A stretch of 36,275 nt of DNA from Theionarchaea archaeon (GCA_018992565.1 JACVGW010000016.1:1-36275), one strand, 5' to 3'. Positions 1 to 9,955 are shown, numbered from the stretch's first letter. Translations and numbers: made by a program. The notes: generated by a model from the letters alone, not told the origin.

Positions 1-43
1 TACATCTCTCCGTAAATACCGATTAGTATCCAAATATCACTGA

Positions 44-78
44 AAAGAAATAAAGAGAAAGAAAAAATAGAGAAAGAG
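44..78 (-). terminator. Archaeal oligo-U terminator
   Basis: Minus strand reads ...CTTTTCTCTATTTTTTTCTTTTCTCTTTATTTCTTTT immediately after the stop of 80..430. Confidence 0.5.
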
Positions 79-79
79 A

Positions 80-430
80 CTATTGCGGACGACGAGCAGT
101 ACCACCAATCATTCCCCTATATATGAAAGACAAAAAGTATAATCGCAGCCCTTCAGCCTTCCTTCCATACTCCATGGCCATTTTCGCATAATCCATTGCT
201 GCACTGTAATCGCCAGCCTCAAACGCTTCTTTGGCCATTTGCAGGTACTTTTCAGCTTCCATCTTCATAACCAAAGCTGGGCCAATCCATGGACTCCGGG
301 AATTCAATGCTGCCAGGAATGCCTCAGCTTCCTGAATGGCTGCTTCCGCATCGGATTTTTCATCTGCCAGGCATACGTTGAGTGATGCCAGACAAAAGGC
401 AGTTATCAGCACGATCGCTGTTTTTCTCAT
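80..430 (-). CDS. Small secreted helical protein of unknown function
   Basis: 116-aa ORF with signal peptide (MRKTAIVLITAFCLASLNVCLA) and Ala/Glu-rich helices; AGGTG SD before ATG, TTTAAAA upstream (463-469 on minus), U-rich tract after stop. Confidence 0.75.
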   Translation of the reverse strand: MRKTAIVLITAFCLASLNVCLADEKSDAEAAIQEAEAFLAALNSRSPWIGPALVMKMEAEKYLQMAKEAFEAGDYSAAMDYAKMAMEYGRKAEGLRLYFLSFIYRGMIGGTARRPQ

Positions 431-536
431 AGTAGCACCTGAATATCTTCAGATTACCTGCTTTTAAACATTTCTGTACTACTTCTGCCAGTTGTCCTCC
501 CCAAAAACCATTTATTACAGTGCTCCAAGAAGATCC

Positions 537-1031
537 ATGATACTCTGTCTCTACAACTCTTACGACAAACTGCGGCTTCATGATATCCACATTCGAAGTG
601 TAGCTCGCGCTGCACCTGTATGCTGTGCTCTAGGGTTCCATCTCGCGCTGCTAGACTTTCCCGAACCCATGTATGACCGCGTGATGGCATCCACGACTAT
701 TGGAAAGTCAGGATACCTCCTCCAGCAGTTGAAAGAAAGATCCCAATTTACCGAACTCACTAAAACCCTTCCTCTGGCAACCCTCGTAATCACAACATCA
801 CAGCCTCAGCCTCAGAAGAGAGTCACCTGCCAGCAGTTAGTCCACATGTCCTCACGGGGGGAAGTGCTTGCCTTCATTATCGGGCTGGGAAGGAGAGGGC
901 TTCCCAGACCATTAAAGAAAAAGGCACTCTACCATTGGGATGTCACTGACAGGGGCATTTCTCTGGAAACCTGCACTGCCATCGGATATATAGCAGCCCG
1001 ATTTCATACCGCGATGGAACTCGCACTGTAG
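537..1031 (+). CDS. DUF531 family protein (predicted SPOUT-fold RNA methyltransferase)
   Basis: N-terminal LYNSYDK...RSVARAAPVCCALGFHLAL and C-terminal IGLGRRGLP...ISLETCTAIG match the archaeal DUF531 pattern; start moved from TTG 492 to ATG 537. Confidence 0.75.
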   Translation: MILCLYNSYDKLRLHDIHIRSVARAAPVCCALGFHLALLDFPEPMYDRVMASTTIGKSGYLLQQLKERSQFTELTKTLPLATLVITTSQPQPQKRVTCQQLVHMSSRGEVLAFIIGLGRRGLPRPLKKKALYHWDVTDRGISLETCTAIGYIAARFHTAMELAL

Positions 1032-1126
1032 GGCAGAAACACACGTTCGGCACATTTCCCCTGTACCTTTGAGTTAGCTGCCCCAGAATGCCGCAACCTA
1101 TAAAAGATTATCTTCAATGAAAAACC

Positions 1127-1549
1127 ATGCAATCGTATACTGCTGCTGTTATCTGGAAAACTGAAAAAAGAGGAACCCTGAAGATCGAAGGAAAACCTGA
1201 TCTTGAAATTTCGCCTCCACCTGAGTTCGGTGGTCATGAAGGCATTCATTCCCCTGAGGAATTGTTTGTGGCATCTGTTTCTGCTTGCACCATGGCTACC
1301 TTTCTGGCATTTGCAGAAAAAACCAGAACGAAATTCAATTCTTTTGAGTGTTTCGGGAAAGGAATCCTGGATCAAGTAGAAGGACAGCTCAGGTTCACAA
1401 GGATTGACCTCACAGTAAAGGTTGAGGTCCCCTCAGAACGTGAAAAAAAGCATGCACTTCATGTTCTTGATCTGGTCTCAAAGCACTGCCTGGTGACAAA
1501 TTCCATCAACTGCGTCGTGAATATGCAATCTGAGGTGCTTGTCTGTTAG
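1127..1549 (+). CDS. OsmC/Ohr family protein
   Basis: PPEFGG..SPEELFVASVSAC and KHCLVTNS two-Cys motifs; CTATAAA at about 1098-1104 suggests a leaderless transcript. Confidence 0.9.
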   Translation: MQSYTAAVIWKTEKRGTLKIEGKPDLEISPPPEFGGHEGIHSPEELFVASVSACTMATFLAFAEKTRTKFNSFECFGKGILDQVEGQLRFTRIDLTVKVEVPSEREKKHALHVLDLVSKHCLVTNSINCVVNMQSEVLVC

Positions 1550-1587
1550 CCTGGTGAGGTCAGAAATCCCTTTAAAGAGAGGCTTCA

Positions 1588-3168
1588 ATGAGTACTATGG
1601 AATATGAGCAGGTGTGCAAGAAACTGGCAGAAGAGATTTCCTCTGGAATAATATGCAATAGAGAGCAACTCAACCGGCGCAAAGCAGAGCTGTCAAAGGA
1701 ATATCACCTGCCAAAGCTCATTTCAAACCCTGACATTCTGTCCGTATCCCACGATAAGAGTATTGTCTCTCTGGTGCGGAGAAAACCCACTCGCACCATT
1801 TCAGGAGTGGCAGTCATTGCTGTTATGACCAGGCCCCATCCCTGTCCCCATGGACGATGCCTGTACTGTCCAGGTGGGGTTCATACTCCCCAATCCTATA
1901 CTGGAAAGGAACCTGCAGCCATGCGGGCCATCCAGCACGCATATGATCCCTACGCCCAGGTCCATGCTCGGCTGGCCCAGCTCCATGCCATTGGCCACCC
2001 CACAGACAAGTGCGAGCTCATTCTCATGGGGGGTACCTTCCCCTCAGAAAATGCAGACTATCAAGAATATGTAGTGAAAAAATGCTATGATGCATTTAAT
2101 GGAAAAGAGTCTTTGTGTGTGAAAGATGCACTGCAATACAATGAACACGCAGAAAACAGGGTCATTGGAATGACCGTGGAAACACGACCTGACTGGTGCA
2201 GGAAAGAACATATAGATTTCATGCTGCAGTCTGGTACCACCAGGGTGGAATTGGGAGTTCAGACAGTGTATGATTCTATATATGATCTCGTTGAGAGAGG
2301 TCACTGTGTTGAAGATGTGGTAATGGCAACTGGATGGTTGAAAGACGCGGGACTGAAGGTTGGGTATCACATGATGCCCGGACTTCCTGGGAGCGACTTT
2401 GATAAAGACGTCCAGGCATTTAAGACCTTGTTTGAAGATTCTCGATTCAGACCTGATATGTTGAAAGTGTATCCCTGTCAGGTTCTGGAAGATACGAAGT
2501 TATATGATTGGTACACCTCGGGGAAGTACACACCGTACAGTGAGAAGGATATGGTGGATTTAATAGTAGAGATTAAAAAAATGCTTCCTGAATATGTGAG
2601 GATAATGAGAATTGGCAGAGATATTCCCTCTTTCCTGATAAAAGCGGGTATTACCAAGACCAATATCGGCCAGATTGTAGAGAGGAAACTGAGAGAAGAA
2701 GGGGTCACCTGCAAATGTATCCGGTGCAGGGAGGTGGGAAGGAATACACTGCGGGGGATTGAACCTGATCCAGACTGCATTGAAATCCTTCATACCGAGT
2801 ATGAAGCATCCCATGGAAAGGAAATCTTCATACAGGCTAAAGATGTCAAGAATGATCTCCTCATAGCTTTCTTAAGACTGCGCATTCCAGAGAATTCATG
2901 GAGAGAGGAAATTGGGGAGACTGCTGCCATTGTGAGAGAATTGAGAGTGTATGGACCCTTAGTGCCGCTGGGGAAGAAACCCCGGGAGGAATGGCAGCAC
3001 CAGGGATTTGGGGAAGATTTATTAAGGGAAGCTGAAAGACTTGCTCTGGCTCACAAGAAAGACCGGTTACTGGTCCTGTCTGGTGTGGGCGTGAAAGCGT
3101 ACTACGGAGAGCTAGGATACCACCGGATTGGTCCCTATATGGGAGTTGATCTTGATGAACTGGGATAA
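1588..3168 (+). CDS. elp3: Elp3 tRNA uridine(34) acetyltransferase (radical SAM + GNAT)
   Basis: RTISGVAVIAVM, CPHGRCLYCPGG radical-SAM motif, ETRPD, C-terminal QHQGFG acetyl-CoA motif; true start may be ATG 1597. Confidence 0.95.
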   Translation: MSTMEYEQVCKKLAEEISSGIICNREQLNRRKAELSKEYHLPKLISNPDILSVSHDKSIVSLVRRKPTRTISGVAVIAVMTRPHPCPHGRCLYCPGGVHTPQSYTGKEPAAMRAIQHAYDPYAQVHARLAQLHAIGHPTDKCELILMGGTFPSENADYQEYVVKKCYDAFNGKESLCVKDALQYNEHAENRVIGMTVETRPDWCRKEHIDFMLQSGTTRVELGVQTVYDSIYDLVERGHCVEDVVMATGWLKDAGLKVGYHMMPGLPGSDFDKDVQAFKTLFEDSRFRPDMLKVYPCQVLEDTKLYDWYTSGKYTPYSEKDMVDLIVEIKKMLPEYVRIMRIGRDIPSFLIKAGITKTNIGQIVERKLREEGVTCKCIRCREVGRNTLRGIEPDPDCIEILHTEYEASHGKEIFIQAKDVKNDLLIAFLRLRIPENSWREEIGETAAIVRELRVYGPLVPLGKKPREEWQHQGFGEDLLREAERLALAHKKDRLLVLSGVGVKAYYGELGYHRIGPYMGVDLDELG

Positions 3169-3454
3169 CCTGTTGGAGGAAGTGAAGAAAAAGGCACGAG
3201 AGGGAGATCAGAAGTGTCTCCAGTTTCTTGAGTTATTTGAAGATCTCCCATTAGGGCTGAAGGAACGAGCCATGAAGTGTGCTATTGAAATCAATGTGTA
3301 TTTTGGCAGGCACGGCAAGATATCAGAACGTAAAATACTGGAGATAGCAGAAAGATGGGGAGTCAAAGAGCTGTTGGAAGATGAGATATTCATGATTCAA
3401 CTACAGAAGTTCACTGATCTGGGAAAAGAACCTCCGGGAGGTGAACTTGCATGA
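3155..3454 (+). CDS. Hypothetical protein (about 99 aa)
   Basis: ATG 3155 overlaps elp3 end; stop overlaps next start (ATGA); charged helical composition; no family recognised. Confidence 0.65.
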   Translation: MNWDNLLEEVKKKAREGDQKCLQFLELFEDLPLGLKERAMKCAIEINVYFGRHGKISERKILEIAERWGVKELLEDEIFMIQLQKFTDLGKEPPGGELA

Positions 3455-3852
3455 GAGATGTGGTCACTGCAGTCCTAAAAAGAGGAGACAAGATCTTGCT
3501 TGTGAAGAGAGGGGTTCTGGTGAATACGTTCAAAGAAAAATGGTCCTGTATCTCCGGGAGGATGGAAAGCACTCCCCTGGAAAGTGTTCTCAAAGAGATA
3601 TACGAGGAAACAGGGCTATCTTCAAATCAGGTTACTCTCGTGAAAGAAGGCAAGGTACTGCAGGCCAGAGGGGAACATATCCAATTCAGGGTCCACCCGT
3701 TTCTCTTTGAAGTAAACTGCAGTGAAATTCGGCTAAACTGGGAGAATACTGAATATAGGTGGGTCCACCCCGAAGAAATTGGCACATATGAGACAGTTCC
3801 CCGGTTGAGGGAGACTATTGAGTCTGTTCTAAACGAGTGGGATTTGACTTGA
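3451..3852 (+). CDS. NUDIX hydrolase
   Basis: Nudix box variant SGRMESTPLESVLKEIYEETGL; LNWENTEYRWV; GGAGGTGA SD upstream. Confidence 0.88.
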   Translation: MRDVVTAVLKRGDKILLVKRGVLVNTFKEKWSCISGRMESTPLESVLKEIYEETGLSSNQVTLVKEGKVLQARGEHIQFRVHPFLFEVNCSEIRLNWENTEYRWVHPEEIGTYETVPRLRETIESVLNEWDLT

Positions 3853-4112
3853 CACCTCCGTACGGTGGAAGATTCTGTTTTTTCAGGGTTCTTCTGTAAC
3901 CTTGGAGATCGATAGAGCATCAGTGAGGATTTCCATCCAATATGAAGAAGAGAGGACATCGAAGATCAGATGCCGGAAAAAGAAGAACCCATGCTGGTAT
4001 GAGATTCTATCCATCTCTTCCCGAATCAAGATATCCTCAATCCCCATTCTTCTCTTCTTTTCATAATTTTTTATAGCGAAAAATTTGCTAATTCCCTTTA
4101 CTTTACACACAT

Positions 4113-4123
4113 AAAGCTTATAA
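4113..4123 (+). promoter_or_regulatory. BRE/TATA promoter of hdr cluster
   Basis: AAAGC-TTATAA, followed by SD AGGTGA at 4151-4156 before ATG 4161. Confidence 0.55.
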
Positions 4124-4160
4124 GTGGAGGTTCATTGAGTGAACCAGTAAAGGTGATCGA

Positions 4161-6692
4161 ATGATAGGAGTCTTCTTGTGCGACTGCGGCACGAATATCG
4201 CAGGAAATATGGACATGGAGTATCTAAAAAAAGAATTGGCTAAAGAAGATAATCTCATAGTCCATGAATCCATATTCCTGTGTTCCCAGTTAGGACAGGA
4301 TCTCATCAAGGAAACTATTGAAAAAGAGAAACTTGATAGAGTTGTCATCTGTTCTTGCTCTCCCAAGCATCATGGAGATATCTTTAAAGAATGTATTGGA
4401 GAGAAAATGAACCCCTACCTGTGGGAAATGGCCAATATCAGAGAACAGTGCTCCTGGGCGACAGAAAACAAGGAGGAAGCTACGCAAAAAGCCTTGGCCT
4501 TGATAAAGGGAGCTATTGAAGCATCTCGTACCCTCCAGGAGATTGGGCAGGCCAAAGTCCCCGTCATTAAGGATGTCATGGTTATTGGTGGCGGTATTGC
4601 AGGAATGCATGCCGCTTTAGAGGTTGCAGATAAAGGGTTTCATGTCCATTTGGTGGAGCAGAACCCCAATATTGGTGGAAATATGTGCAAGCTGGACAGG
4701 ACGTTCCCCACTGACGACTGTTCCATGTGTACGATATCACCCATTTTGAACGAGACTGCTATGCACAAGAACATTGATATTTTGACAATGACTGATGTGG
4801 AGGACGTCTCTGGTCATCCTGGTGAGTACATAGTCACCGTACGAAGCAGACCCCGTTATGTCGATTTTACAACCTGCACGGGGTGCGGTGACTGCGCAAA
4901 GACTGATCTGGTCATGGAAAAACCCAAACTGGATGGACCCTTGTGGCTGGACCGAATCAAGATCCATGAAGACCTCTGCAATGGATGTGGAGCCTGTGCC
5001 AAGCTATGCGCAAAGCAGAATGATCCTCCTGCTTTGACTCAGAAAGAAAAGGACGCCATTCCCGAGTATGACACTCACAAGTGTGTGGGCTGCTGGGTTT
5101 GTGTTGAAAAGTGTCCCAAGAAAGCTATAGAGATTACCAATGTCTGTCCCATTGTTGTCCCCAGTGAGTTCAATCTGGGGCTGGGATTCAGAAAAGCTAT
5201 TTACGTACCCGATTCCCAGGCTGTCCCCTTGAAATATCTCAGAGACCCTGAAACCTGTCTCCAGTTGAACGGCACCATGGATTGCCAGGGGTGCACCACC
5301 GTCTGTAAGGCAAAAGCTCCCTGCCAGGACACAGAAGAAGTGCGCCAACTCAAAGTGGGTGCTATCGTGGTGGCTACAGGGTACGAGCAGTATGACCTTT
5401 CTGGGACTGAGTATAACCTGGAGCATCCCAATGTCATTACAGGGTTGGAACTGGAACGGTTAATAAGCCCTTCAGGGCCCACACTGGGAGAGCTGAAGAG
5501 ACCTTCAGATGGGAAAATCCCTCAAACGGTTGTGTTTATCCAGTGTGCAGGATCCCGGGACAGACGATATGCAGAATACTGTTCCAAGATATGCTGCATG
5601 TACGCAACCAAGAATGCACGCCTTATAAAGGCAGATCACCCTGAAATTGACGTTACCATCTGTTACATTGATTTGAGAGCTGCAGGGAGAGGGTACGAGG
5701 AATACTTCGATCAGGCCCGAGAGATGGGCATCAGGTACATTAGAGGAAATGTGTCAGAAGTCCTGGCGGACGGGGATCAGTTACTGGTGAGAACAGAGAA
5801 CACGCTCTTAAATGAACCCCTGTTACTAGAGGCAGACCTGGTGGTACTGTCTACTGCACTGGTTCCTTCTCAGGGTACAAAGCACCTGATTGAGACTATT
5901 CCCCTGGTGCCCGGGAAGGACGGATTTATTGCTCCTGTTCATGTGAAGATTGCCCCTGTGGATACTGCTACCACTGGCATTTTCATTGCAGGGACAGCAG
6001 AAGCTCCCAAGCCCATTCAGGAATGTATTACAGATGCAGGGGCTGTGGCCTCCCGAGTTGCCACCTTTTTAAAAGATGATCAAATAACAGTGGATCTGGT
6101 AACCTCCCACATTAACCCCGATATCTGCATCAAGTGTGGAGAATGTAATGAGATCTGCAACTATGACGCTATTGACACTGAGGGAGACATATATGAAGTG
6201 GTGGATGTGGCCTGCCACGCCTGCGGCATGTGCACCACAGTATGCCCCACCAATGCTATCGAACTGAGATATTTCTCAGATATCCAGCTGGAAAAGGCGG
6301 TAGATGGCATCCTGGAAAAGGACAGGGACTCTGTCATAGCATACTGCTGCAGCCAGTGTGGATATAACGCGGCAGATTTGGCGGGGACTGCCAAGATGCG
6401 GTACTCGCCTGAGGTCAAAATCGTGAGAGTTCCCTGCTCAGGAAGAGTGACCATCCCTCAAATGCTATATCCTTTCACCAAAGGGGCCAAGGGCGTCATG
6501 ATCGGAGCCTGTCTTGAAGGCCAGTGCCACTACATCGATGGAAACATCAAGGAGAAGGAAAAGGTTGCTCTGGCCAAGCAGATTCTGGATCTGATGGGAA
6601 TTGGTGGCGAGAAACTGGAACTATTTAACATTTCATCAGCTGAAGGAGCGAAATTTGTTGAATCGGCTGAAAAGATGGTGAGCCGATGTTAA
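4161..6692 (+). CDS. hdrA: Heterodisulfide reductase subunit A with C-terminally fused MvhD-like [2Fe-2S] domain
   Basis: IGVFLCDCG, NIREQCSW, GGGIAG FAD motif, KLDRTFPTDDC, QCAGSRD/CSKICCM, several CxxCxxC ferredoxin motifs; C-terminus AYCCSQCGYNAADLAG...RVPCSGRV...ACLEGQCHY is the MvhD signature. Confidence 0.93.
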   Translation: MIGVFLCDCGTNIAGNMDMEYLKKELAKEDNLIVHESIFLCSQLGQDLIKETIEKEKLDRVVICSCSPKHHGDIFKECIGEKMNPYLWEMANIREQCSWATENKEEATQKALALIKGAIEASRTLQEIGQAKVPVIKDVMVIGGGIAGMHAALEVADKGFHVHLVEQNPNIGGNMCKLDRTFPTDDCSMCTISPILNETAMHKNIDILTMTDVEDVSGHPGEYIVTVRSRPRYVDFTTCTGCGDCAKTDLVMEKPKLDGPLWLDRIKIHEDLCNGCGACAKLCAKQNDPPALTQKEKDAIPEYDTHKCVGCWVCVEKCPKKAIEITNVCPIVVPSEFNLGLGFRKAIYVPDSQAVPLKYLRDPETCLQLNGTMDCQGCTTVCKAKAPCQDTEEVRQLKVGAIVVATGYEQYDLSGTEYNLEHPNVITGLELERLISPSGPTLGELKRPSDGKIPQTVVFIQCAGSRDRRYAEYCSKICCMYATKNARLIKADHPEIDVTICYIDLRAAGRGYEEYFDQAREMGIRYIRGNVSEVLADGDQLLVRTENTLLNEPLLLEADLVVLSTALVPSQGTKHLIETIPLVPGKDGFIAPVHVKIAPVDTATTGIFIAGTAEAPKPIQECITDAGAVASRVATFLKDDQITVDLVTSHINPDICIKCGECNEICNYDAIDTEGDIYEVVDVACHACGMCTTVCPTNAIELRYFSDIQLEKAVDGILEKDRDSVIAYCCSQCGYNAADLAGTAKMRYSPEVKIVRVPCSGRVTIPQMLYPFTKGAKGVMIGACLEGQCHYIDGNIKEKEKVALAKQILDLMGIGGEKLELFNISSAEGAKFVESAEKMVSRC

Positions 6693-8620
6693 CCTGTGAA
6701 GTGACTGAAGGTGTGGCTGATTGCACCAGCTGCAAACTATGTTTTTCAACCTGTCCGTCAGAACTGAAACTGGAGGAAATAGTCCGATACAGACGATATC
6801 TTCATGAACCCAAAGGTTCTCACCGGGATTTGTTCAGACTGGCTGGCAAGCTTGCTGCTCAGACAGAAATTGCGGGATGGATAAAAGACGTGAAGACCAA
6901 TCCCGATTCAGAAATTGCATACTTCCCCGGGTGCGGGCCAGTGTTTGATGTCCTGCTCATGAGAGACACAAACTACTCAGGTGCAGCACAGGCTGCTGTC
7001 AAGGTCATGAACAAGTTGGGGATTGAACCTGCTGTCATCTATGGATGCTGTGGCCATGATCTCTACTACTCAGGTGGGCTGGATGAATTCGAAGCTATCA
7101 AAGAGAAAATAGAGAAGAAGCTAGAAGGAAAGAAGATTGTAGTGGGATGCGCAGAGTGTTACCAGATGCTCAAGAATGTGTATGGGGCTGATGTGCAGCA
7201 CTTCTCTGAGTTTCTGCAGGAAAAGTGCCCTGATTTACCGTCTCTCAATGTGAAGACTACTTTCCACGATCCATGCAGACTGGGCAGATACAATCAAGTG
7301 TATGATCCCCCTCGTTCAATTCTGGAGAAAACCTCCCAGTTTAACGAGATGGAACATGCAAAAGAAGATGCCCAGTGTTGTGGGGTTTCATCCTGGCTGA
7401 ACTGCAACAAAGAATCACGGGGACTCAGAGAAGAGAGGATACGAGAAGCTCTCAAGACGGGAGCAGACATCCTGGTCACTTCCTGCACCAAATGTGGCAT
7501 TCACCTGGACTGTATCTTCCACGAAAAAACCTATGAAGGCGATCCACCCAACCTGCAGATAATGGACCTGCAGGAGCTCGCGGGATATGCTCTGGGCGTG
7601 TATGATCCCAACAGCACAGAAAAGTCCTTTGTCATAGAGAAGACAGGCAGCATGAGACCTCCTGGATTTGATGTGCCAAGAGATCCAGAACGCCATTTCA
7701 CCGACGAAATCTTCGAGAACACCTTTCAGTGCACGTTGTGTAAGACCTGTACAGAACGCTGTCCCTACGACATGGAAATGTACAAGATTGTCAAGGAAAC
7801 CCGGAAAGACCTGGTTAACCTGGGACACTTCATAGAAGGCCATCAGGTCATGCGGGATACGGTAGTGCAATCAGGTAACATCTACGGGGAAGAACGTCCC
7901 CAAATTGGCTATAAAAAGAAGAACCCGGAGTACGCTGTATTTGTGGGATGCGTGGGTACCTACAGAGAACAGGAGACTGCAGAAAAGATCATGAAGTTGC
8001 TGAATGAACTCGGTGTAAGCTTTTCCAGGATTGATGAAGTCTGCTGCGGTGGTGTTTTCCCTGATGTAGGTTTCGAAGCCAGTAAGGAGCATGCTCAACA
8101 GAATATCGAAGCTATAAAGAAGACCGGGGCAAAAAAGCTGCTGTGTACGTGTCCAAAGTGCTACAGAACCTTCAAGGACGATCCCAGGTACAAGGATCTG
8201 GGCATGGACGTCATCCACATTATTGAATTATTATCAGAGGTCGATTTCAAGCCCCTGACCGATAAGAAGATCACCTATCATGATCCCTGCGATTTAGGAC
8301 GTCACTCAGGCATCTACGATGCTCCACGGAAGATTCTGAAATCAATTGCTCCCAATTTTGTAGAAATGCCACGAAATAGGGAATTGGCTGCATGCTGCGG
8401 AGCTGGAGGAGGAGTCAGAGGTGCATATGGTGTTAAATCAGTGCAGATAGCCAGAGACCGAGTCAGCGAAGCAGACGAGACTGCAGACATTCTGCTGACG
8501 GAATGCTTCAGCTGCCTTCACAATTTCAAGAATGCGAAAAAGAGGAAACAAGATCTGGAAATCTACAGCCTATCAGAGTTCATTTATGACAACATGGTGG
8601 ATACCCATGAATCCAGTTGA
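6686..8620 (+). CDS. HdrD/GlpC-like Fe-S oxidoreductase with two tandem (ferredoxin motif + 2 CCG) modules
   Basis: CTSCKLCFSTCP and CTLCKTCTERCP; four CCG domains (YFPGC/GCCG, FHDPC/QCCG, FVGC/VCCG, YHDPC/ACCG). Confidence 0.88.
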   Translation: MLTCEVTEGVADCTSCKLCFSTCPSELKLEEIVRYRRYLHEPKGSHRDLFRLAGKLAAQTEIAGWIKDVKTNPDSEIAYFPGCGPVFDVLLMRDTNYSGAAQAAVKVMNKLGIEPAVIYGCCGHDLYYSGGLDEFEAIKEKIEKKLEGKKIVVGCAECYQMLKNVYGADVQHFSEFLQEKCPDLPSLNVKTTFHDPCRLGRYNQVYDPPRSILEKTSQFNEMEHAKEDAQCCGVSSWLNCNKESRGLREERIREALKTGADILVTSCTKCGIHLDCIFHEKTYEGDPPNLQIMDLQELAGYALGVYDPNSTEKSFVIEKTGSMRPPGFDVPRDPERHFTDEIFENTFQCTLCKTCTERCPYDMEMYKIVKETRKDLVNLGHFIEGHQVMRDTVVQSGNIYGEERPQIGYKKKNPEYAVFVGCVGTYREQETAEKIMKLLNELGVSFSRIDEVCCGGVFPDVGFEASKEHAQQNIEAIKKTGAKKLLCTCPKCYRTFKDDPRYKDLGMDVIHIIELLSEVDFKPLTDKKITYHDPCDLGRHSGIYDAPRKILKSIAPNFVEMPRNRELAACCGAGGGVRGAYGVKSVQIARDRVSEADETADILLTECFSCLHNFKNAKKRKQDLEIYSLSEFIYDNMVDTHESS

Positions 8621-9086
8621 GAAAGCCGCCAGAGATAGTAATGTGGAAAAATGTGTACAGTGCGGCAAATGTACAGCAGGCTGCCCCTCGGGGAGACAAT
8701 CCAGGCTGAGGACACGGACACTGGTGCAAATGGCATACCAGGGGCAGGATGTCACAGGGCTGCCTGAGTTGTGGGACTGCACTACCTGCTACAACTGCGC
8801 GGAACGATGTCCAAAAGGCGTAAATACAGTAGATGCCATCATTCTGCTGAGGAATCTGGCTGTACAAAAGGGAAATTTCCCCAGGATTCATCTCAGTGCT
8901 ATCGAGAACTTATACAATACGGGGAACGGGTTTCCATTGTCCCCAGAAGTGGCTCAGATCAGGGCTATCATCGGACTGAAAAAGGAACCATATGATGTTT
9001 CTACAGCTCCTGAAGAACTCGAAAAAGTGAAGAAGATACTTGACATTACAGGGTTCCTGGAACTGGTGCGAGGTGGTACCACATGA
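8607..9086 (+). CDS. hdrC: Heterodisulfide reductase subunit C
   Basis: CVQCGKCTAGCP and LWDCTTCYNCAERCPKGV; start reset to ATG 8607 (GGTGG SD). Confidence 0.9.
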   Translation: MNPVEKAARDSNVEKCVQCGKCTAGCPSGRQSRLRTRTLVQMAYQGQDVTGLPELWDCTTCYNCAERCPKGVNTVDAIILLRNLAVQKGNFPRIHLSAIENLYNTGNGFPLSPEVAQIRAIIGLKKEPYDVSTAPEELEKVKKILDITGFLELVRGGTT

Positions 9087-9955
9087 AGCTGTCTCTGTTT
9101 CCAGGATGCATTGCCAAGAACATGTATGCTTCCATCGAAAAGTCCACTCGATTTGTCTTTGACAAGTTGGGGGTTGAACTGGTGGATCACCGGTATACCT
9201 GCTGCCCTGCCCCGGGAGTCTTCAGAGGATATGACATTGACACATGGCTGGCCTTAGGTGGACGGAATCTGGCTGAAGCAGAAAAAGATGGATTGAATGT
9301 CTTGACCATCTGTAACGGGTGTTATGGTTCCCTGCATGGATCAAATCATATTCTGCAAGAAAACCCAGAGAAGCGAGAAGAGATCAATGAAGTGCTGGAG
9401 CAGGTGGGAAAGCGGTACAATGGAGGAGTCGAGGTACTACATTTTGCTGATGTGCTGTCCACCATGCATGAGACAATTCTGGAACAGAAGGAGCTCGATC
9501 TGGGATTGCGACTGGCTGTGCACTACGGTTGCCACTACTTGAGACCATCAGAACATCATGAATCTCTGAATGTGGAGAACCCACACATTGTAGAAGATAT
9601 CCTGGAGCTTGTAGGTTGTGAACCAGTGGATTTCAAGAATAAGCTGTCCTGTTGTGGCGCAGGAGGCGGTGTGTGGAGTGGTGACGAAGAAGTGGCTCTC
9701 AGTGTCCTGGAAGAGAAGCTGGCCTTCATGTCAGAAGGAAATCCTGATGCTATACTGAACATATGTCCTTTCTGTCATCTGCAATTTGACCAGGGGCAGA
9801 AGAAGCTCCAGAAGTTCAATATCCCAGTTTTGCATCTGAATCAGGTTTTGGGAATGGCGTTTGGTGAACGGCCAAAGAAACTGGCTATCCATACTCACCT
9901 GGTGTCTACCAGAGAAATTGAGAAAAAAGTCAAAGGATTAAAAAAGAAGGGCTAA
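9083..9955 (+). CDS. hdrB: Heterodisulfide reductase subunit B
   Basis: FPGC, TCCPAPG, ICNGCY, HYGCHYLRP, SCCGAGGG, ICPFCHLQFD; ATGA overlap with hdrC. Confidence 0.93.
   Translation: MKLSLFPGCIAKNMYASIEKSTRFVFDKLGVELVDHRYTCCPAPGVFRGYDIDTWLALGGRNLAEAEKDGLNVLTICNGCYGSLHGSNHILQENPEKREEINEVLEQVGKRYNGGVEVLHFADVLSTMHETILEQKELDLGLRLAVHYGCHYLRPSEHHESLNVENPHIVEDILELVGCEPVDFKNKLSCCGAGGGVWSGDEEVALSVLEEKLAFMSEGNPDAILNICPFCHLQFDQGQKKLQKFNIPVLHLNQVLGMAFGERPKKLAIHTHLVSTREIEKKVKGLKKKG

Noticed and set aside
1588..3168. Radical SAM enzyme as maturase for the TC-repeat precursor
   Set aside because: It is clearly Elp3 (GNAT fusion, no SPASM or RRE domain) and lies about 23 kb away.
3883..4110. 75-aa minus-strand ORF (or 55 aa from MGIEDIL) between NUDIX and hdrA
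   Set aside because: No recognisable motif or clear SD; could be a small gene but cannot be supported from sequence alone.
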